Shown here one piece after another: positions 1 through 13,453 of a stretch of DNA of 64,000 nt; position 1 is the first letter of the stretch, and each line of letters opens with the position of its first letter. The DNA is taken from assembly GCA_010405405.1 (NCBI GenBank), contig MU004236.1, positions 1,866,070 through 1,930,069 of the forward strand. The letters run 5' to 3'. Source of the DNA: Microthyrium microscopicum. Taxonomy: Eukaryota. The notes under the pieces were generated by a model. The model was given only the letters and a program-made list of their open reading frames with translations. It was not told where the DNA came from and made no database searches. The translations under genes and the position numbers were made by a program.

Positions 1-999
1 ATATCCAGAGACCTTAGCTCATGGCACCACGAAGAGAAAGAAAGTGCAAAGGAATAACAAGTGTACTATTCTACGACGAAAACATGATAGCGGTGGCAAT
101 GGTAGAGAGAGCTACCACATGCAAGAAACGCGATCACCATTCATGGAAGCTTTGGGTATTGGCAAGTTATGAAAGTCGTGCAAACAAAACCGTCCAGCCG
201 CCTGGCCAACGGTAGTCCGATTGACTCCATACAGCCTTATCTTACCAAATGAAATGATATGCGACTAGTGGAACTGGTGTTTCTCGCCCACCGAGGCTCA
301 AGTAGCCGCATGTCATATTCATTGGGTTAATAGACGAACGCATTGAGATACAGAAAGGGGCTCTGACGACGTTTGCGTCAATCTTTTGGCAAACTATTTT
401 CTTGGAGTCCAGACCGGGCTAGAAAGTCAGAAGTGTTCATCAGAGGTATCAGGGTTATGGCCGATATAATTGGTATGAGGCGAGTTGCTGAAACATCTTC
501 ACGGGGCAAAACTGGTTCGATGCTGTATCATATGAGGAAACAATGATGCAGACCATTTCCCCGCTTGAAGCATAAACTCTGCAGAAAAATCACTGATAAT
601 GCAGAGAAATCCCGTTCCACGTTTGGGTCAAGTTCTTTTCTTTGATCATGGCTAGTGCTGCGATGGGACATACCGACGACGATGTTTTATTTTCATGGAT
701 ATCTGGACTTGAAATTTGCTGTGATCCTTGGAAATTAATGAGTAAAATTCCAAACGTCAAGCTGAGGCCGATGATAATTGAAGGGGAGTGTCTCTAGTAC
801 TGAACGGATTGTAGTGACCCCGAGGTGATATCCCAATAGCGTTGAGTCTCGTTATCTCTTGAAATATAAGCGGGTTTGATTGTCATCGAGTTCCGGCCTA
901 ACTCGAGATAAGAGATCTTGGTTTCCTGACTTGGGCTAAAGATTCAAACAAAACAATATGGCTGGTTTCTTCGATGGACAGTCAGTGAATGTCCCAATT

Positions 1000-1670
1000 T
1001 GTAGAAGCTACCATAGCGCGCCCTTGGGGTTCTGAGATACTCTGTCTTTAGTATGGCAAGCTTCGATAGATGTTATTTCGTGATAGGATTGTAGCAGACA
1101 TTCATTATCGAGATCTACCAATTTTATCTAGAATGTAATAGCATTACAGGCTATTAGATAGAAATAGCCTGTCCAAAAAGCTTAAAAAAGCAAAAAAAAG
1201 GCGCCTGTAGGGACCCGGAATTGAACTAGTGGCATGTGTATGCACTAACCGATTCGTAGTACATTATTTATCTTAGCTTACATTACATTACATCACATCT
1301 ACTAACCTACTTAGGCATAACACGCTTACTAATCTGCATAAATCTTACATATTATTTTTACTTATTCGCGCGAACTATAAATAGATATTACCTTTCTCTA
1401 TATAATATAAGCAATTTAAAGGACCTTTATCTAGCTTCTTAAATAAATATTTGACAGACTATCTAGTATAACATAGTATCTAGATAAATAGCTATTAAAT
1501 ATAAGAGAAAACTAGGCTACTAGTAAATTATATAAAATATATTTCTTAAGAGATATATAACTAATATAAAAGCTATTAGCGACTATAGAAGGGTGTTATT
1601 CTATTAATTATTTGCCATAATAGCAACAGAGTGTCTCCAAAACCCTAGGGCGCGCTATGGTATTCCTACA
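1000..1670. mobile_element. Non-autonomous TIR element with RIP-type AT-rich interior (superfamily unassigned)
   Basis: Imperfect ~60-bp terminal inverted repeats: left TGTAGAAGCTACCATAGCGCGCCCT...ACTCTGT, right (reverse complement) TGTAGGAATACCATAGCGCGCCCT...ACTCTGT. ATT lies immediately outside both ends (997-999, 1671-1673). Interior is very AT- and TpA-rich. Confidence 0.75.
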
Positions 1671-1839
1671 ATTCTGCTGGGTGGAATATCAACCATCAAC
1701 CATTGACCAACTAAGCACATTCCTAGCTCTAATAACAAGATCATTTACCATGATGGTACGATCTCAAAAAGAACTGCTGATGTAGCCCAACTTATCCGAT
1801 TCTAGTAACCATGTCGAACTCATCTCTTAAACAGCCAAA

Positions 1840-3638
1840 TTACAATCGTGAACTCTCCCCAATAGCATAAAACTCCACCTCCCCAATCATCGTCCTCGCC
1901 GGAATAGTAACACAAATCGGAAAATCCCCATAATCCGGATCCTCATTCGGCATAACCGCCACCAACCCACCCCTCGTCTCATCACCATTCAGCGTCCTCA
2001 ACGTCCTCAACTCCCCCGTCTCTCTATCTGCCACCAACTTCTCCTCAAACCTCAAGATGCCGGTAAACTCTGCCGCCGAGCTAAGCGACCTTCCACGTAC
2101 CTGGAACCCCCAGCCGATGAGCAGGAATTTAGCGCCACCAAGATGGATTATCATGCCGGCGCCGGGACCGGACTTGCCAAAGACGAAGGCGCGTTCAATG
2201 CGTAGTTCCCAGTCGCCAAAGTGTTTGATGATGGATTGGAAGCGGTCGGATGCGTTTTTGGTGATCTCGTCGAAGTAGAAACCGATGGAAGAGTTTGGTC
2301 TGCGTTGTGCTTCGAGAACGATTTGCGAGACGGATGATAGGAGGCCGTAGTGTTTTGTGAAAGGGTTGGTTTTTGGCTCGAGGGTGTCAATGCCGAACGG
2401 AGATACACCTATTGCTTGATGTGACCCGTACGCCACCCAGATACGTCGTGCGCCGTGTTCGTCTCTTCGCTGCTCGGCGATAAAGAGAGGCTGGTTTTTG
2501 TGGCGATACTTGGCACATGAGGTTGTGTAGTCGTTGAGATAGACGTCCGGCGTGATCATGTCGAGGTTTGGTGCAAACCGCTGCCAGATGTCGAGAACGT
2601 TTGTTGTCCCGCCTCCCGATGGATAGCCTCCTGGTTCCTTGCCACCTCCTACGAACGCTGGGAACGTATTGTCAGCGTCGTAGTTGTTCTGCCATACATT
2701 CGTGTAAAGTGGAAGAGGATATTCCTTCTTGCCTGCGGCTGCAACCTCATTCAGATACAATGAATAGTGATAAGCCATAAACAACTCATCCGTCTGCGGC
2801 CCAACACCAAAAACCTCCTCCCACGACCCAGACGATGTCGAATTCGCTTTAAAAAAGTCCAAATTTGGCTTGCAATCCGCATGTAACTTCTCAAAGTCAC
2901 TGCTCAAAAACTCGACCAACGCCTTTGGAACGGGCTCCAAAAACTTCTTAGTAGCAGCAGGACTTGCATCTCGACCTGATCCTGTCAGTATCAAACCCCT
3001 TCAAAAAGCTGAAAGCCTTACTATCACCAAGCAGCCCACATTCATTCTCAACCTGCACCATCAGTACCGTCGAATATTCCTCATCAATCTTCCTCAAAAA
3101 CCGCATCAATTCTCCAAAGGCACTCGCATCCGCCCTCTTCGCCTCCTCATCAAAGATCGACAACACATCCGCCGTTTTCAACACGCCCCTCGCCTTGCGC
3201 AACTTGGCTCTTGGAAAGCGCTTTGGATCCGTCTTGATCCACGATGGCACATATGTAGAAACACCTACAACATCACTTAATGATCCCATCCAGTGCAGTA
3301 TATCTTTGGGTGCATATCTTACCATTCTTAAAACTCCCAAACCACAAAATCACCAACCGCAATCCATGAGCCCTGGCACCAAGCACAAGTTTCTCCACCC
3401 CTTCGAAATCAAACTGGCCCTCGATCTTCTCGATATTTTCCCATGTCACGCAGCCGAGTACTGTATTGATATTTGCAGCTTTTAGTTTGGGCCAGACTTC
3501 ATTCATATACTCGGCGGACGTCAGGGCGGAGTTTTGGAGTTCGGCGCCTAGGACTAGAAAGGGTTTGCCATGGACGATTAGTTGTGAAGACGTTTCTGTT
3601 TTCCGGAAATGAGGGATCTTTGAAGTCGTTGTTACCAT
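1840..3638 (-). CDS. Glycoside hydrolase family 35 beta-galactosidase-like protein (no signal peptide evident)
   Basis: Three ORF pieces join through introns at ~3322-3265 and ~3021-2976. Motifs GAELQNS, LWFGSFKNG, VLMVQVENECG, YPSGG, PLFIAEQ, LNGDET. Confidence 0.9.
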
Positions 3639-4468
3639 ACTTGGGAATGTTAGTATACGGGTAATGTGAATGGTGGTATTGAAGATGTAGGTAAGAGAGC
3701 TAGTTGATGCCGAGGCCGGTTGATGTTATATGTGAATGTTGTTACCAGGTATCTGGTTTGTAAACCGGGTAGCTTTTGTGCCCCTGGTTTGATTATATAT
3801 ATGACGGATGATGCTGTAGCAATATCAGGAAGATCTCTCTATATTCTGACCATGCTGAAATTGGAGATCCACTCAGTGTTTGCTGTATTAATAACCACGG
3901 AAATGCTGTAGTTACAAGTCTTCTGAACCATTCAAGTACTCCTAGAAACATACAAATACCAATGCAATCCGCGCTGCATGACAATATGAGCTTCTATTAT
4001 TGGTTAGCTATTCCCCGCCATATGCATATCAATATAAATACCTGTCAGCGATCAAGTGGGTCCTGCTGCATCAGGACTACTTTGTAGTACTCATACTGTT
4101 ATTCGAATTCAACGAGGGAGCTGTAATCCAGAGCCAGTGTCAGTAAGATCACCTTCGAAAGCCAATATAGGAACATGAAGTTTTCATTGCGTGATCGTGG
4201 TATGCCTACCATTTACTTCGCTGAGAACTATTACCCCATCAGCAAACTCAAAAACGAGTGCCAACAGTACACACATTAATACAAGTCTTGATATGAATAC
4301 AAGCGAAGATCGTGTGTAATCATAAAGAAGAACTAATCAATACTCCCGAAGATGCATTAAACAATGCCAATTCTCGGAGTCCAAAATCATGCGCTTGCCA
4401 ATTCGAGGATTCAGAACCTCTGTCCATGCCAACGCTTCATCCATTCCACCCTGATCCACAATGTTCAG

Positions 4469-5936
4469 CTACTGAAATAAATACTCTATCGCACCCTGTA
4501 CATTACCACCACTTCTCCGCAACGCCGCAACGTTGCGATCAAAGTCGGTACAGCCCATCTCATTGAGCTGCCGTAGCTGATCAGCGTACTGCTCTTCTGG
4601 TGGTCGAGTATCTGCCGGCGCCTGTGGTGTTGAATCTGCACCACCACCGAACATTGCAGCCCATGGATTCGCCGCACCGTCTCCTCCGAAGCCGCCAGCA
4701 GGTAAGCCTCCGAGGCCACCAAGACCACCTAGACCGCCTGCTCCAGCACCGGCGCCACCGAGTCCACCGAGTCCACCGAGTCCGCCAGCACCGCCCATTG
4801 ATCCGGCGATTTGTTGAAAGTCTGGGTTTTGCATGAGCCGCATCATGGCACCGAGTTGATCAGAGCTTGGAGCTGGTGGCCCTTGACCTGGAGCTCCACC
4901 TGCTCCACCCAGAAGTGCTTCTAGACCAGCAAGAGGATTTGCTGCACCAGCTGGGTTGTTTGGTGTTTCTGTGGAAGATGAGTTTGGTGGTTGAGATCCT
5001 GCGCCTGGGCCGAACAAGGCAGCAAATGGATTGGCTCCAGGTGGCATGCTGAAAGGGAATGGTTGACCAGCACCACCAGGTAACGCGCCTGCATTGGGAG
5101 TCGCATTTTGTCCTTCTTGGCCTGGAGCCTGACCTTCACCAGTGTTGTCTGTTTGGCCTGGAGCCGGAAAATTGCCCCGAGACCGCGTCGAATCCATTTG
5201 TTGTTGTTGGCGAATTTGCATTCGAATCACTTCAGGGTTAAGCATCATACGCCGAAATTGAGGATTCTGAAACATTTGCCGTGCCATGGGATTGTCTCTC
5301 ATCATCGGACTATTCAACATCATCTCTTGGAAGGCTGGATTGTCCATCATTTCGTTCATTTGTTGCATCATGTTAGGATTATCGAGCATTCGTTCGAGAC
5401 TTTCGGGATCCATTCCACTACCACTCATCTGTGCTATGTTAGCCATCGACTGTTGAACTGGAGGAATTTGATTGTAGGCATACACCACCGTCAGCGCCAA
5501 ATGAGTCTAGACTTGGCAGGCCGTGAAAGCCAGCGTATCTCGCACCCGTCAGTCCAGCAAGTACATTATTGCCCGTTCCAGCTGCTATGTTGGTAGGGAC
5601 GTTCGCAGCAGGTGCTGGAGTAGCTCCGGTGGAGGACGCAGCAGGATTCTGTCGAACATTGCTGGCTGCGCTCTTGACTAGATGTACGGTATGGCCTTCC
5701 TTGATCTTCGCACTCGCTAGGGTATCGGTGTCTTTCAGTACTCGTCCAGAGAAGATAAGGCGTTGTCGATTTGCTGGTGTGTCGGCATAGTCGGCAGCTG
5801 CCAGCTTTTCTTTCAGTTCCGCAACAGTAGCGCTATCTGCCATGGAGACAGGGTATTTTGTGGTGTCTGATAGGCGGACGAGAAAGTTAATCTGAGAGCC
5901 ATCTTGAGATGCTGAGGATGGCTCTGCATCAGCCAT
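4469..5936 (-). CDS. DSK2: Ubiquilin / UBL-STI1-UBA proteasome shuttle (Dsk2/Dph1)
   Basis: N-terminal UBL (RQRLIFSGRVLKD), central M/N/P-rich STI1 region, C-terminal UBA (PPEEQYADQLRQLNEMG...GGNVQGAIEYL). Intron ~5483-5429. Confidence 0.95.
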
Positions 5937-7109
5937 TGTGAGAGATTGTAATCGTTTGCTGGTTCAGAACGCGAAGAGGCCTGATGGACAGGGCGACGAG
6001 GGGTTGCGCAGTGGCGGGAAGGAGCTGCGGATTGCAAATCGTTTAAGTATTTTGTATTGGGGTGTATTGGTGGGATGGCGAGGTAATAGATAATGGTGAG
6101 AGAGTGAGTTTATTGTACTAAGGTTTATAGGTGTGATGAAGTAAAGGATATCAACGAGCAATGAGAGAGAAAGGCCGGCAATTGTAGGAGCAGGAGCAGG
6201 TGACGTTTGGGATGGTTAAGGAAGGAGCTGGTGGTGCCTTGTGGCAGGAGCAACGGCACGGCAGTGGCGGGACTTGCCTCAAGTAGCTGGAGCTTCCTTC
6301 CTTCTGTGCCAACATCCTGGAGAGCTTCCATCTGGCCTTCTATTCACTTCCAATATCTTCTCAGAGTTCTATAACCCATCAGTTCTGTTTCATGCCCTTA
6401 CAGTGATACTGTTATAAAAAAACAAGCTGTCTTATCAAAGCGACACCTTTTCAACCACTCAAATATAACATCACGGACGAATGAGCTCATGTCATACATG
6501 TCTTCAAAATTTCAGAGACAACATCACCATCACAGATTCAACGGATTACAGATCAGTCCATTGTACTGAACATTTACTATAGACACTAGTTACTATGCTG
6601 TATAAATTATTGTGATGATGGATGGAATGGCGCTCAAGGACATGTGAAGTGTCTTTCATACTGAGCCACCCATAGCAATGTATGAATTGAGTACGTGCAC
6701 ATCAAAAACACTACCAAAATACTGTGAAAGACAATTTGGAAAGGCGAGGATATCACATCAGGATATCAAGTTCAGATTATTGATTTGTATATGATTGTAT
6801 GATCATCCCCATGATCTTTTCATTATCCACTCATCATAGTATATAAACAAATCATATCTCAAGCCAAATATAGGCCAAATATGTACCCAAAGTAGAAACA
6901 TTTCTCTTTAGATTTTTCCTCCAAAATAGCGCAAATATATACCCAACTCAAAAACAAGCGCTTCGTCTCATCTGTGGGTATCAAGTTGACTTCTGCAGTT
7001 CTGGGCCTTCCCAATCAAAACATATCCAATGCAACGCCAAACAAGATGCTATCAAAAAAAGCTATAAACAGAATGAAACAAGAATATCCAAGGAGTCAGC
7101 GCCTTTGAC

Positions 7110-7853
7110 TCAGGGCGGCGGTTTTATCAAGCGTCGTCGATGCGCTCGTTCTTTCCGCACCCGTATCCGTTTCTGTATATAGTTTGCTCGCGGCGCCATA
7201 TCGCGCGATCGCCGATAAGATAGCATTGGCGACGTGGGATCTTCGGGAATTGTTTCTGTACTGATTGTGTCTGGTTGATGTGAAGGAGATGGCGATTTTG
7301 ATGTGGAAGGAGTGATGAAATTCAGTTCGGGAACTGAAAAGTCTGTGGGGAGGGATTCTAGATAGGCTTCTACATCGTTCATTTTTGATAGATGAGGTTG
7401 ATAACGCGTACTTGACTGCCGTTGAGCACGTCGGGCATTGCTCAGTGATGTATTGGTGAGTGATGCATTGTTTCGTCTCTGATGTGTTGGGAGTGATGGA
7501 GCACGCATTTGGAGATCCAATGAGTTTATTGAAGGACGGCTGGATGAAGGAGATGGATATGCGTATGTATTGGTGGTTGCGAGATTTGCCTGGCCGAATT
7601 GTGATGCCAGGAGAGATAGATCAAGCGCTGAGACGTCTTTTGAATCTGGTGCAATGTCTTCAATTGGTGTGTCCAAGAATGAGTCGACTCGTCGTGGTTG
7701 TTGTGAGCCAAAGGAGAAACCAGTCAACATGGAGTGCAAGTCAGTTGGCGGCGATAGTCGAGAGTCGCGATCCAAATCCATCAGGTCAGACTGGTGTTTG
7801 TGCTGTGTGCTACCATCGGGCAGGTCAGCGGGATTGGGAGGAGGAGGATTCAT
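7110..7853 (-). CDS. Hypothetical S/P-rich protein with basic C-terminus
   Basis: 247-aa ATG-initiated ORF, low-complexity, ending in KRIRVRKERAHRRR. No recognisable domain. Confidence 0.6.
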   Translation of the reverse strand: MNPPPPNPADLPDGSTQHKHQSDLMDLDRDSRLSPPTDLHSMLTGFSFGSQQPRRVDSFLDTPIEDIAPDSKDVSALDLSLLASQFGQANLATTNTYAYPSPSSSRPSINSLDLQMRAPSLPTHQRRNNASLTNTSLSNARRAQRQSSTRYQPHLSKMNDVEAYLESLPTDFSVPELNFITPSTSKSPSPSHQPDTISTETIPEDPTSPMLSYRRSRDMAPRANYIQKRIRVRKERAHRRRLIKPPP

Positions 7854-10110
7854 GATGGGCGATCTGCGTGTTGAACATGACGACCCAGAAAGCTGGGAAG
7901 GATGAAGAAAGGCGATGTAGGCACCGGCAGCAGGGAGGCGGAAAGTTTGAGCAAAGACATGCAGAAGAACAAGCGGGGGTGCAACCCTTTCAAGGCCAAT
8001 GATACGAGCTTCTGTGCTGGATGGCGCTTTTTTAGTTCCAGCTGGACGAAAGACAAAAGTCCTGACCTGGTGCCGACCTCAAGTTGGTCTGGTAGTTCTT
8101 ACCACACAGAGACTAGCTGACGGCTCGAAGCGCTGAACTTAAGAGCAATGACGGTATGCAACTGGAGGTTGGTCGCTAAGGTACCATACAGATCAAGATC
8201 AATGTTCAACAGAAAACTCTGCTGAAGTTCCTGATCATATCATGATGTAGATTGATGGTCCCGACAGCGAATGTCACATTACAATTTCACCTGCAGGTCG
8301 TCTATCCTGGCACTGTAGGCTGAATACCTCCACTTGGGGCCAGTCACGCAAGTTGCTTCTGAATCCTTCATCATCTACGGATATTTCAAGTAGTAGGACC
8401 ATGAGCACAGTGCGCTTTTTTGACCAGGAACAGGGGCAATATACACTCTGTTCCTGGTTCACTGCAACCTTTGATTATTAGTTAAACGGCCCAGCAGACT
8501 GAATAATGGAAATTGAGGGCAAGCTGCAACACGCGATCCGAGCAACGTGGTCTTGACAAGGTCAACAAGCGTCGATGATCAGGGTACTCTAGAGTAGGAA
8601 GGAGATCGGCGAAAACAGTCAAGTGCGAGAAACCACTAACTGGGTCCAACCAATCACATCTTTCCCCCTTCGGATACGCCCGCGTCCCCAAAAGTCGGGA
8701 TTTTGGAAAAGTTTGGAACTTGGGTTTTGGCCCTTGGGATCATTCAACTGCACAATTCTTTACATCTTCAAGGTTTTGCCTCTATTTTGTCTCAGATAAT
8801 AAATGGTTTCAGTAAAGTCTTTGTCATTAGATCTCTTCAATTACTGCGAACTACTCTAAAAAGGCTGGAAGAGCCTGCGAAGAAACCATCTGATTATTCA
8901 CGGCGACCACTTTAGGAGACCGACATGGAGACCGAGGAGAACCTTTCCTGCGCCGCCTTGCTTGACGGTCTAGACCCTTATGCAGGACGACGTTGACATC
9001 CAAGCATCTGTTGGTGGAGATGTACAACACACACACACCTCAAACATCAAAATCAGCGAGTGGCTCTTAACTTGAATCCTTCGCGCCTCAGCCTCTTCTT
9101 ATGTCGCGTGTGCCACGGCCTAGATCATCTCCGAGGCCGAGAATGATTGAAGCCAATGAACCTTGGCCAGGAGACTTTTCTAGCCAGAGCGAAATATCTC
9201 GAACATACAAACAATATCCCTGTTACCTTAAAGCCACAGAGCGGAGACTGTGTTGTGTACCATTGACACGGCGCGTATTGATCGGATGTCCCCACGCCTC
9301 AGAAAGCAGTCTACTTATTCCTACAAAGTCTAGCCATGAGCTCGAATCTCGGTATTCGTTGTGGATTAGGAGGAAAACGCCCCCGACACTGGGCACATTG
9401 AACGAGTAAGAGTAAGGCAGTCGGGGTTAGAAGTTAACATTGGCCTGCACCGAACGCAGTAAGCGACATATCTAGTATACCTAGGTATGCAAGTATCGGA
9501 TACTTCCAACTGCCATTAAAGATCTTTGTCAGCTCTGTGGTCCGTCAACTTCCAAGAACTAGCAGTCGGGAAGCGGCAGCTTCCACCACCTGCATGAGTA
9601 CATCACGCCATGGCGAACCCAAATTCTCAAGAGCCCAATTTCCTGGAGCCATCTGAGATTCTGGATGCCAGACCTCGATCCCCATTTCCATGGAAGATGT
9701 CGCGTGGGTGGGGACTGGGGAAATCCCCCTTGAAGCCACATGGAAATTCTAGAAGCCTGTTGTGGACAGTTGCGGACGGTTGCTGAAAATAATAGGTCTT
9801 GTCTCGCCGCACGTCAAGTGTTTGGGCTTGGACGAATCGAGTAGTGGCGTAATGTGCGATAACTTCTAGACCCCGACTTGTTGGAATTGCGTTGCTTGCG
9901 AAATGTACCGAGTAGACTCATGTGCTTTTGGCTACTTAGAAATGTTCGGGATGGGAGGACAACTTTGCATGGTGTCATTGATGCTTTTCGAAATATAGTG
10001 TCAAGTACAAGTCACAGACCTCGTCTACCCAGACTGCCATGAGAGCCCCCAGCAAATGGTGAGTCCTGCTTGCGCTTACATTAAAGTAGACATTATACAA
10101 CTCTACAACA

Positions 10111-13018
10111 TCACAACGGCCCCATGACATCCACCCAACTCCGCGCCAACTCTCTTGCCAGTCCTAGCCGCAAAATCTTCAACACCTCCCTCGAAGTACT
10201 ATGTTCAGTCAACCCCTTCCGCCAATCCCACTTGCGTTGAATCGGGACATGCACCAACACCCCACTGCCCTCATTTGAAGGCGGCTCCAGCACCATCGAG
10301 TTGAGCATATCTTTATCGATAATACTAAACTGACTTGACGCGGTCGTCAAATTGCTAATCGACTGCTTAAGCGTTTCATACGGTGAGGATGTTCCTGAAG
10401 CTTGGGAGTTTTTGAGGGCAGCGCGGAAAGAGGCTTCGCAGCGCTCGTAGATGTTGGATGGGACGGTTTCGAGATCTTCGACTGCTTTTAGGAGGGTGGT
10501 GAGATCGGCGAAGGTCAGGACTTGTTTAGGGACTGGGATTGTTAGCGATTGTTTTGCAGAAGGTATTACGGATGACTTACGGCTGATGAAGGCCAGTGCC
10601 TCGCCGAGAAGAACTAGAAGGTTCTCGACTGGAACGATGTGCTCAGCTGCTGGGTTGTAGATGCCGCCACGGATGCTGTCTACGGCACTGTTGATGGCAG
10701 CGACTAAAGCTGTAGCAGCTTTCTTCCGTCTTGCGACCTCAATGTCCACATCACCGTCGCCGAATTCTTCATCTGGGGCATCGCGGGCCTCATAGAAATT
10801 GCGAATGGTAGCGTAGCCGCTGAGATATAACGCGAGATATTGGCCTGCTTCAAAGTCCGTTGCTCGAAGAGCCCGAATGGCCTTCAAAGGCGATCTCAAA
10901 AGGTCCGCTAGTGTAGCGTCGAGTGCATTTTTGGGAGGATATGCCGCAGATTGAACCACGGAGAACGTAATGAGCGCGTGGAGAACTCGCTTTAGATTGT
11001 CTGATTTGTGAGCGCGAGAATAGTAAAATAGCGAATCGCCGTAACTAGCGCCAGACTCTGCTAAATGCTCTGCGTATCTCTATAAATGCATTAGTCAGAA
11101 TTGTAAATGTTGAGATGCAGAAACTCACCTCTGCAATATTTGCTGCCTGATCAGTAAGTCCTAGCTCCGTACAGGTTTGTAGAACTTTGTCTACTCGACC
11201 GCCTGTAGTTAAAGACAGATTGTCCAAAATCATTGCCGCATTTTCTGACATTGCCACCGGGTCGTCCATTCTCGCGATCAAACCGAGTGCAAAGTCCCAC
11301 CCCTCGGTACTATTGCTGAGCTCGGTACTATTGCTGAGCTCGGTACTATTGCTGAGCTCGGTACTATTGCTGAGCTCGGTACCTTTGATGAGCTCGCGAG
11401 AGCTCACTTGTCGCGCATAGGTTGCGATTGCCATATCTTTCAAATGGATGTTTGGGGAATGGTTGGCATAACTCAAGACCATCAAATCGTTCTCGTCAAG
11501 TCCATTGGGACGAAGTGATGATTCCGATAGCCAACCTGCCATAGCACCCACTTCAGTGATAGAAGTTGCAATGCTGAGAGAGAATGTTTGAACCAATGAG
11601 ACCACACCTTCCATCTGACTTTCAAATACACAACCCACAGCAACTTGCAAAGGATCGTTGTAATCGATAGAATCTGCTAATTCGGTCTCGTTCACAACGT
11701 AGTCAAGTGATTCCGCGAGTCGCTGTCGATAAGCCAAAGTAGGAGTGACGTCAACTGCTCTAGATTGTCGAGCTCGCTTTTGTGCTCGCGGACTGCCAGC
11801 TCTGCTTTGACGCATACTTTTTCCAAGCTCTTCGACGGGTTCATCTTCACCGTCCCACCAGATTGTCATGGCGAGAACTGCTTCGACCCAATCGAAAGAA
11901 GAGTTGAGAATGGTGTCCGTATGTCCAAGCATTATATTGCACATGTCGATTAGTGTTTCCGATATGTCTTGGGGTAGTCGACTCTCTGCCTGCCGGCTGG
12001 CTACGCTGAGACTGAAACTCAATTGGCTCTGGCCCATATCGTCACCGCGGTCGGCACCAAGAAGTTTTCTAAACTCTTGTCGCGCCTTGATGACTTTTCG
12101 TCGGAAAATAGCCCAAGCCGGCCCTTTGATATCCCAATCACCCGATGTAAGTGCTGGGCATGATTCGATCAACTGAAGCATAAGCTCGACACCCTCATTG
12201 ATATAATCCAGCTGGGGATTTGTGTATTCCTCAGCGGACTCACCAAAGTCGGCATCCTTGAGAAAGGTCATAACTCTCGCAAAGTTGCCGCGAATCAAGG
12301 ACGTCATAACCCCATCCCAGAACTCTTCAACGCGACAGTACTGGCCTCCTGCTTCCTCGACAGAGCTGACAATATCATAACCTGGTTCATGGAATGCGGC
12401 GAGCCATTGAAGCAAGACTTCGGGAACGGGACGACTAGGCTTTGGGAGGGCCAAAGCTTGATGATTGCGCGTACTACGATCTTGCTTTTGACTCCAAGCA
12501 GATGGATGGTATATTGAAAATAGTAAGGTAGCAATCATGGTTGCGGCGGTTGCGGGATTGGAACGATCACTGACAAGGTTCTCGGAGTGAACAAATTTCT
12601 CGTGGAGTGGATTTAGTTCGTTCCAGAGTTGTAGTAAATCGCCAGCTGTGCTAGACGCCATAGACTGCGCCTGAACAAGGTCGATAATTTCGACATCTCT
12701 GGTGGATAATCCCTCGATAATCTTTTGTTCGGTGCGAAGAATCAAAGCATCAGAGTCATTCAGAGTAACTCCTGAGCCTGAAGGAACAATGCCACGAGCA
12801 TAAGATAGCATATGCGACGATGCATCTGATTGCTGTTGTGGGCGCTTGAGTCCTCGTGTTGATTCTCTATTTGTGTTATTCGGCGGGCTGCTAGGCGGCG
12901 GAATAGCGAATGCTCGACGCTGTGAAGGGGGTGGACCTAATGGTGTTGTAGAAGGTATAGGATCGCGTATACTGGATCGGTCGGGAGTTGAAGGTATGTC
13001 TGGTACGGTGAAACTCAT
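10111..13018 (-). CDS. NUP85: Nucleoporin Nup85-like protein
   Basis: Two long ORFs linked by introns (~11128-11080 and ~10577-10533). Motifs DWDIKGPAWAIFR, DWVEAVLAMTIWWDG, LSGYATIRNFY and RKWDWRKG resemble filamentous-fungal Nup85. Confidence 0.8.
11303..11382 (-). repeat. 18-bp coding tandem repeat, four perfect copies plus 8 nt (encodes TELSNS repeats)
   Basis: CTCGGTACTATTGCTGAG starts at 11303, 11321, 11339 and 11357, followed by CTCGGTAC. Confidence 0.97.
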
Positions 13019-13343
13019 TGCGACCGAGATTTGCTGGGAAATGGGTGTTATGGATGTTTACGGTCTGAACGCCTGGAGTGTCAAGCTCTCAAGCTCAATT
13101 CTTGTGGTTGGAAACGCGACACGCGCGGCAGGGACCACCTTCCATGCTCATTGGGGTACAGACGCTGCGCTAAATTCGGGCCGAGATATCACGTGCTTCA
13201 GGCTCGAAGCCAGGAAGATTCGGAATTTCGGACCGATATGACATTCCCCCTCTCATGCACTATGTAAGTTAAAGTCTACTCGAACTTTCCCAACGTACCA
13301 GGATATTTGATACCATTCATGTGTAATGACTAAGTTACATTTT

Positions 13344-13453
13344 CCGAGGTGCAATATATTTGATCTACCCTAGTTTCCAGCGCGGCGTTAAGGCCATGAC
13401 CTGAGAACCCAACGTGGTCATGTATTAAGAAAGTATCACGCGTCAAGCCGAGG
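13344..13453. promoter_or_regulatory. Two CCGAGG (CCTCGG) FarA/FarB-type fatty-acid response motifs upstream of SCP2
   Basis: CCGAGG at 13344-13349 and 13448-13453, within 600 bp upstream of a PTS1-bearing lipid-transfer gene. A hexamer can occur by chance. Confidence 0.4.

Noticed and set aside
1..990. Possible gene at the left edge
   Set aside because: The minus-strand frames I read hit stops quickly, the only tracked ORF is 64 aa, and no motif is recognisable.
4700..4795. AGTCCACCG / GGL repeats
   Set aside because: Ordinary Gly-rich low-complexity linker of Dsk2.
6005..6275. GTGGC motifs as Rpn4/PACE sites upstream of DSK2
   Set aside because: Only partial matches to GGTGGCAAA, too weak to support.
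8274..9812. Short ORFs and a CA microsatellite in a long intergenic region
   Set aside because: No coding signature or spliceable gene model that I can support.
11303..11382. CRISPR-like or iteron-like repeat
   Set aside because: The repeats are contiguous with no spacers and lie in frame within a eukaryotic gene.
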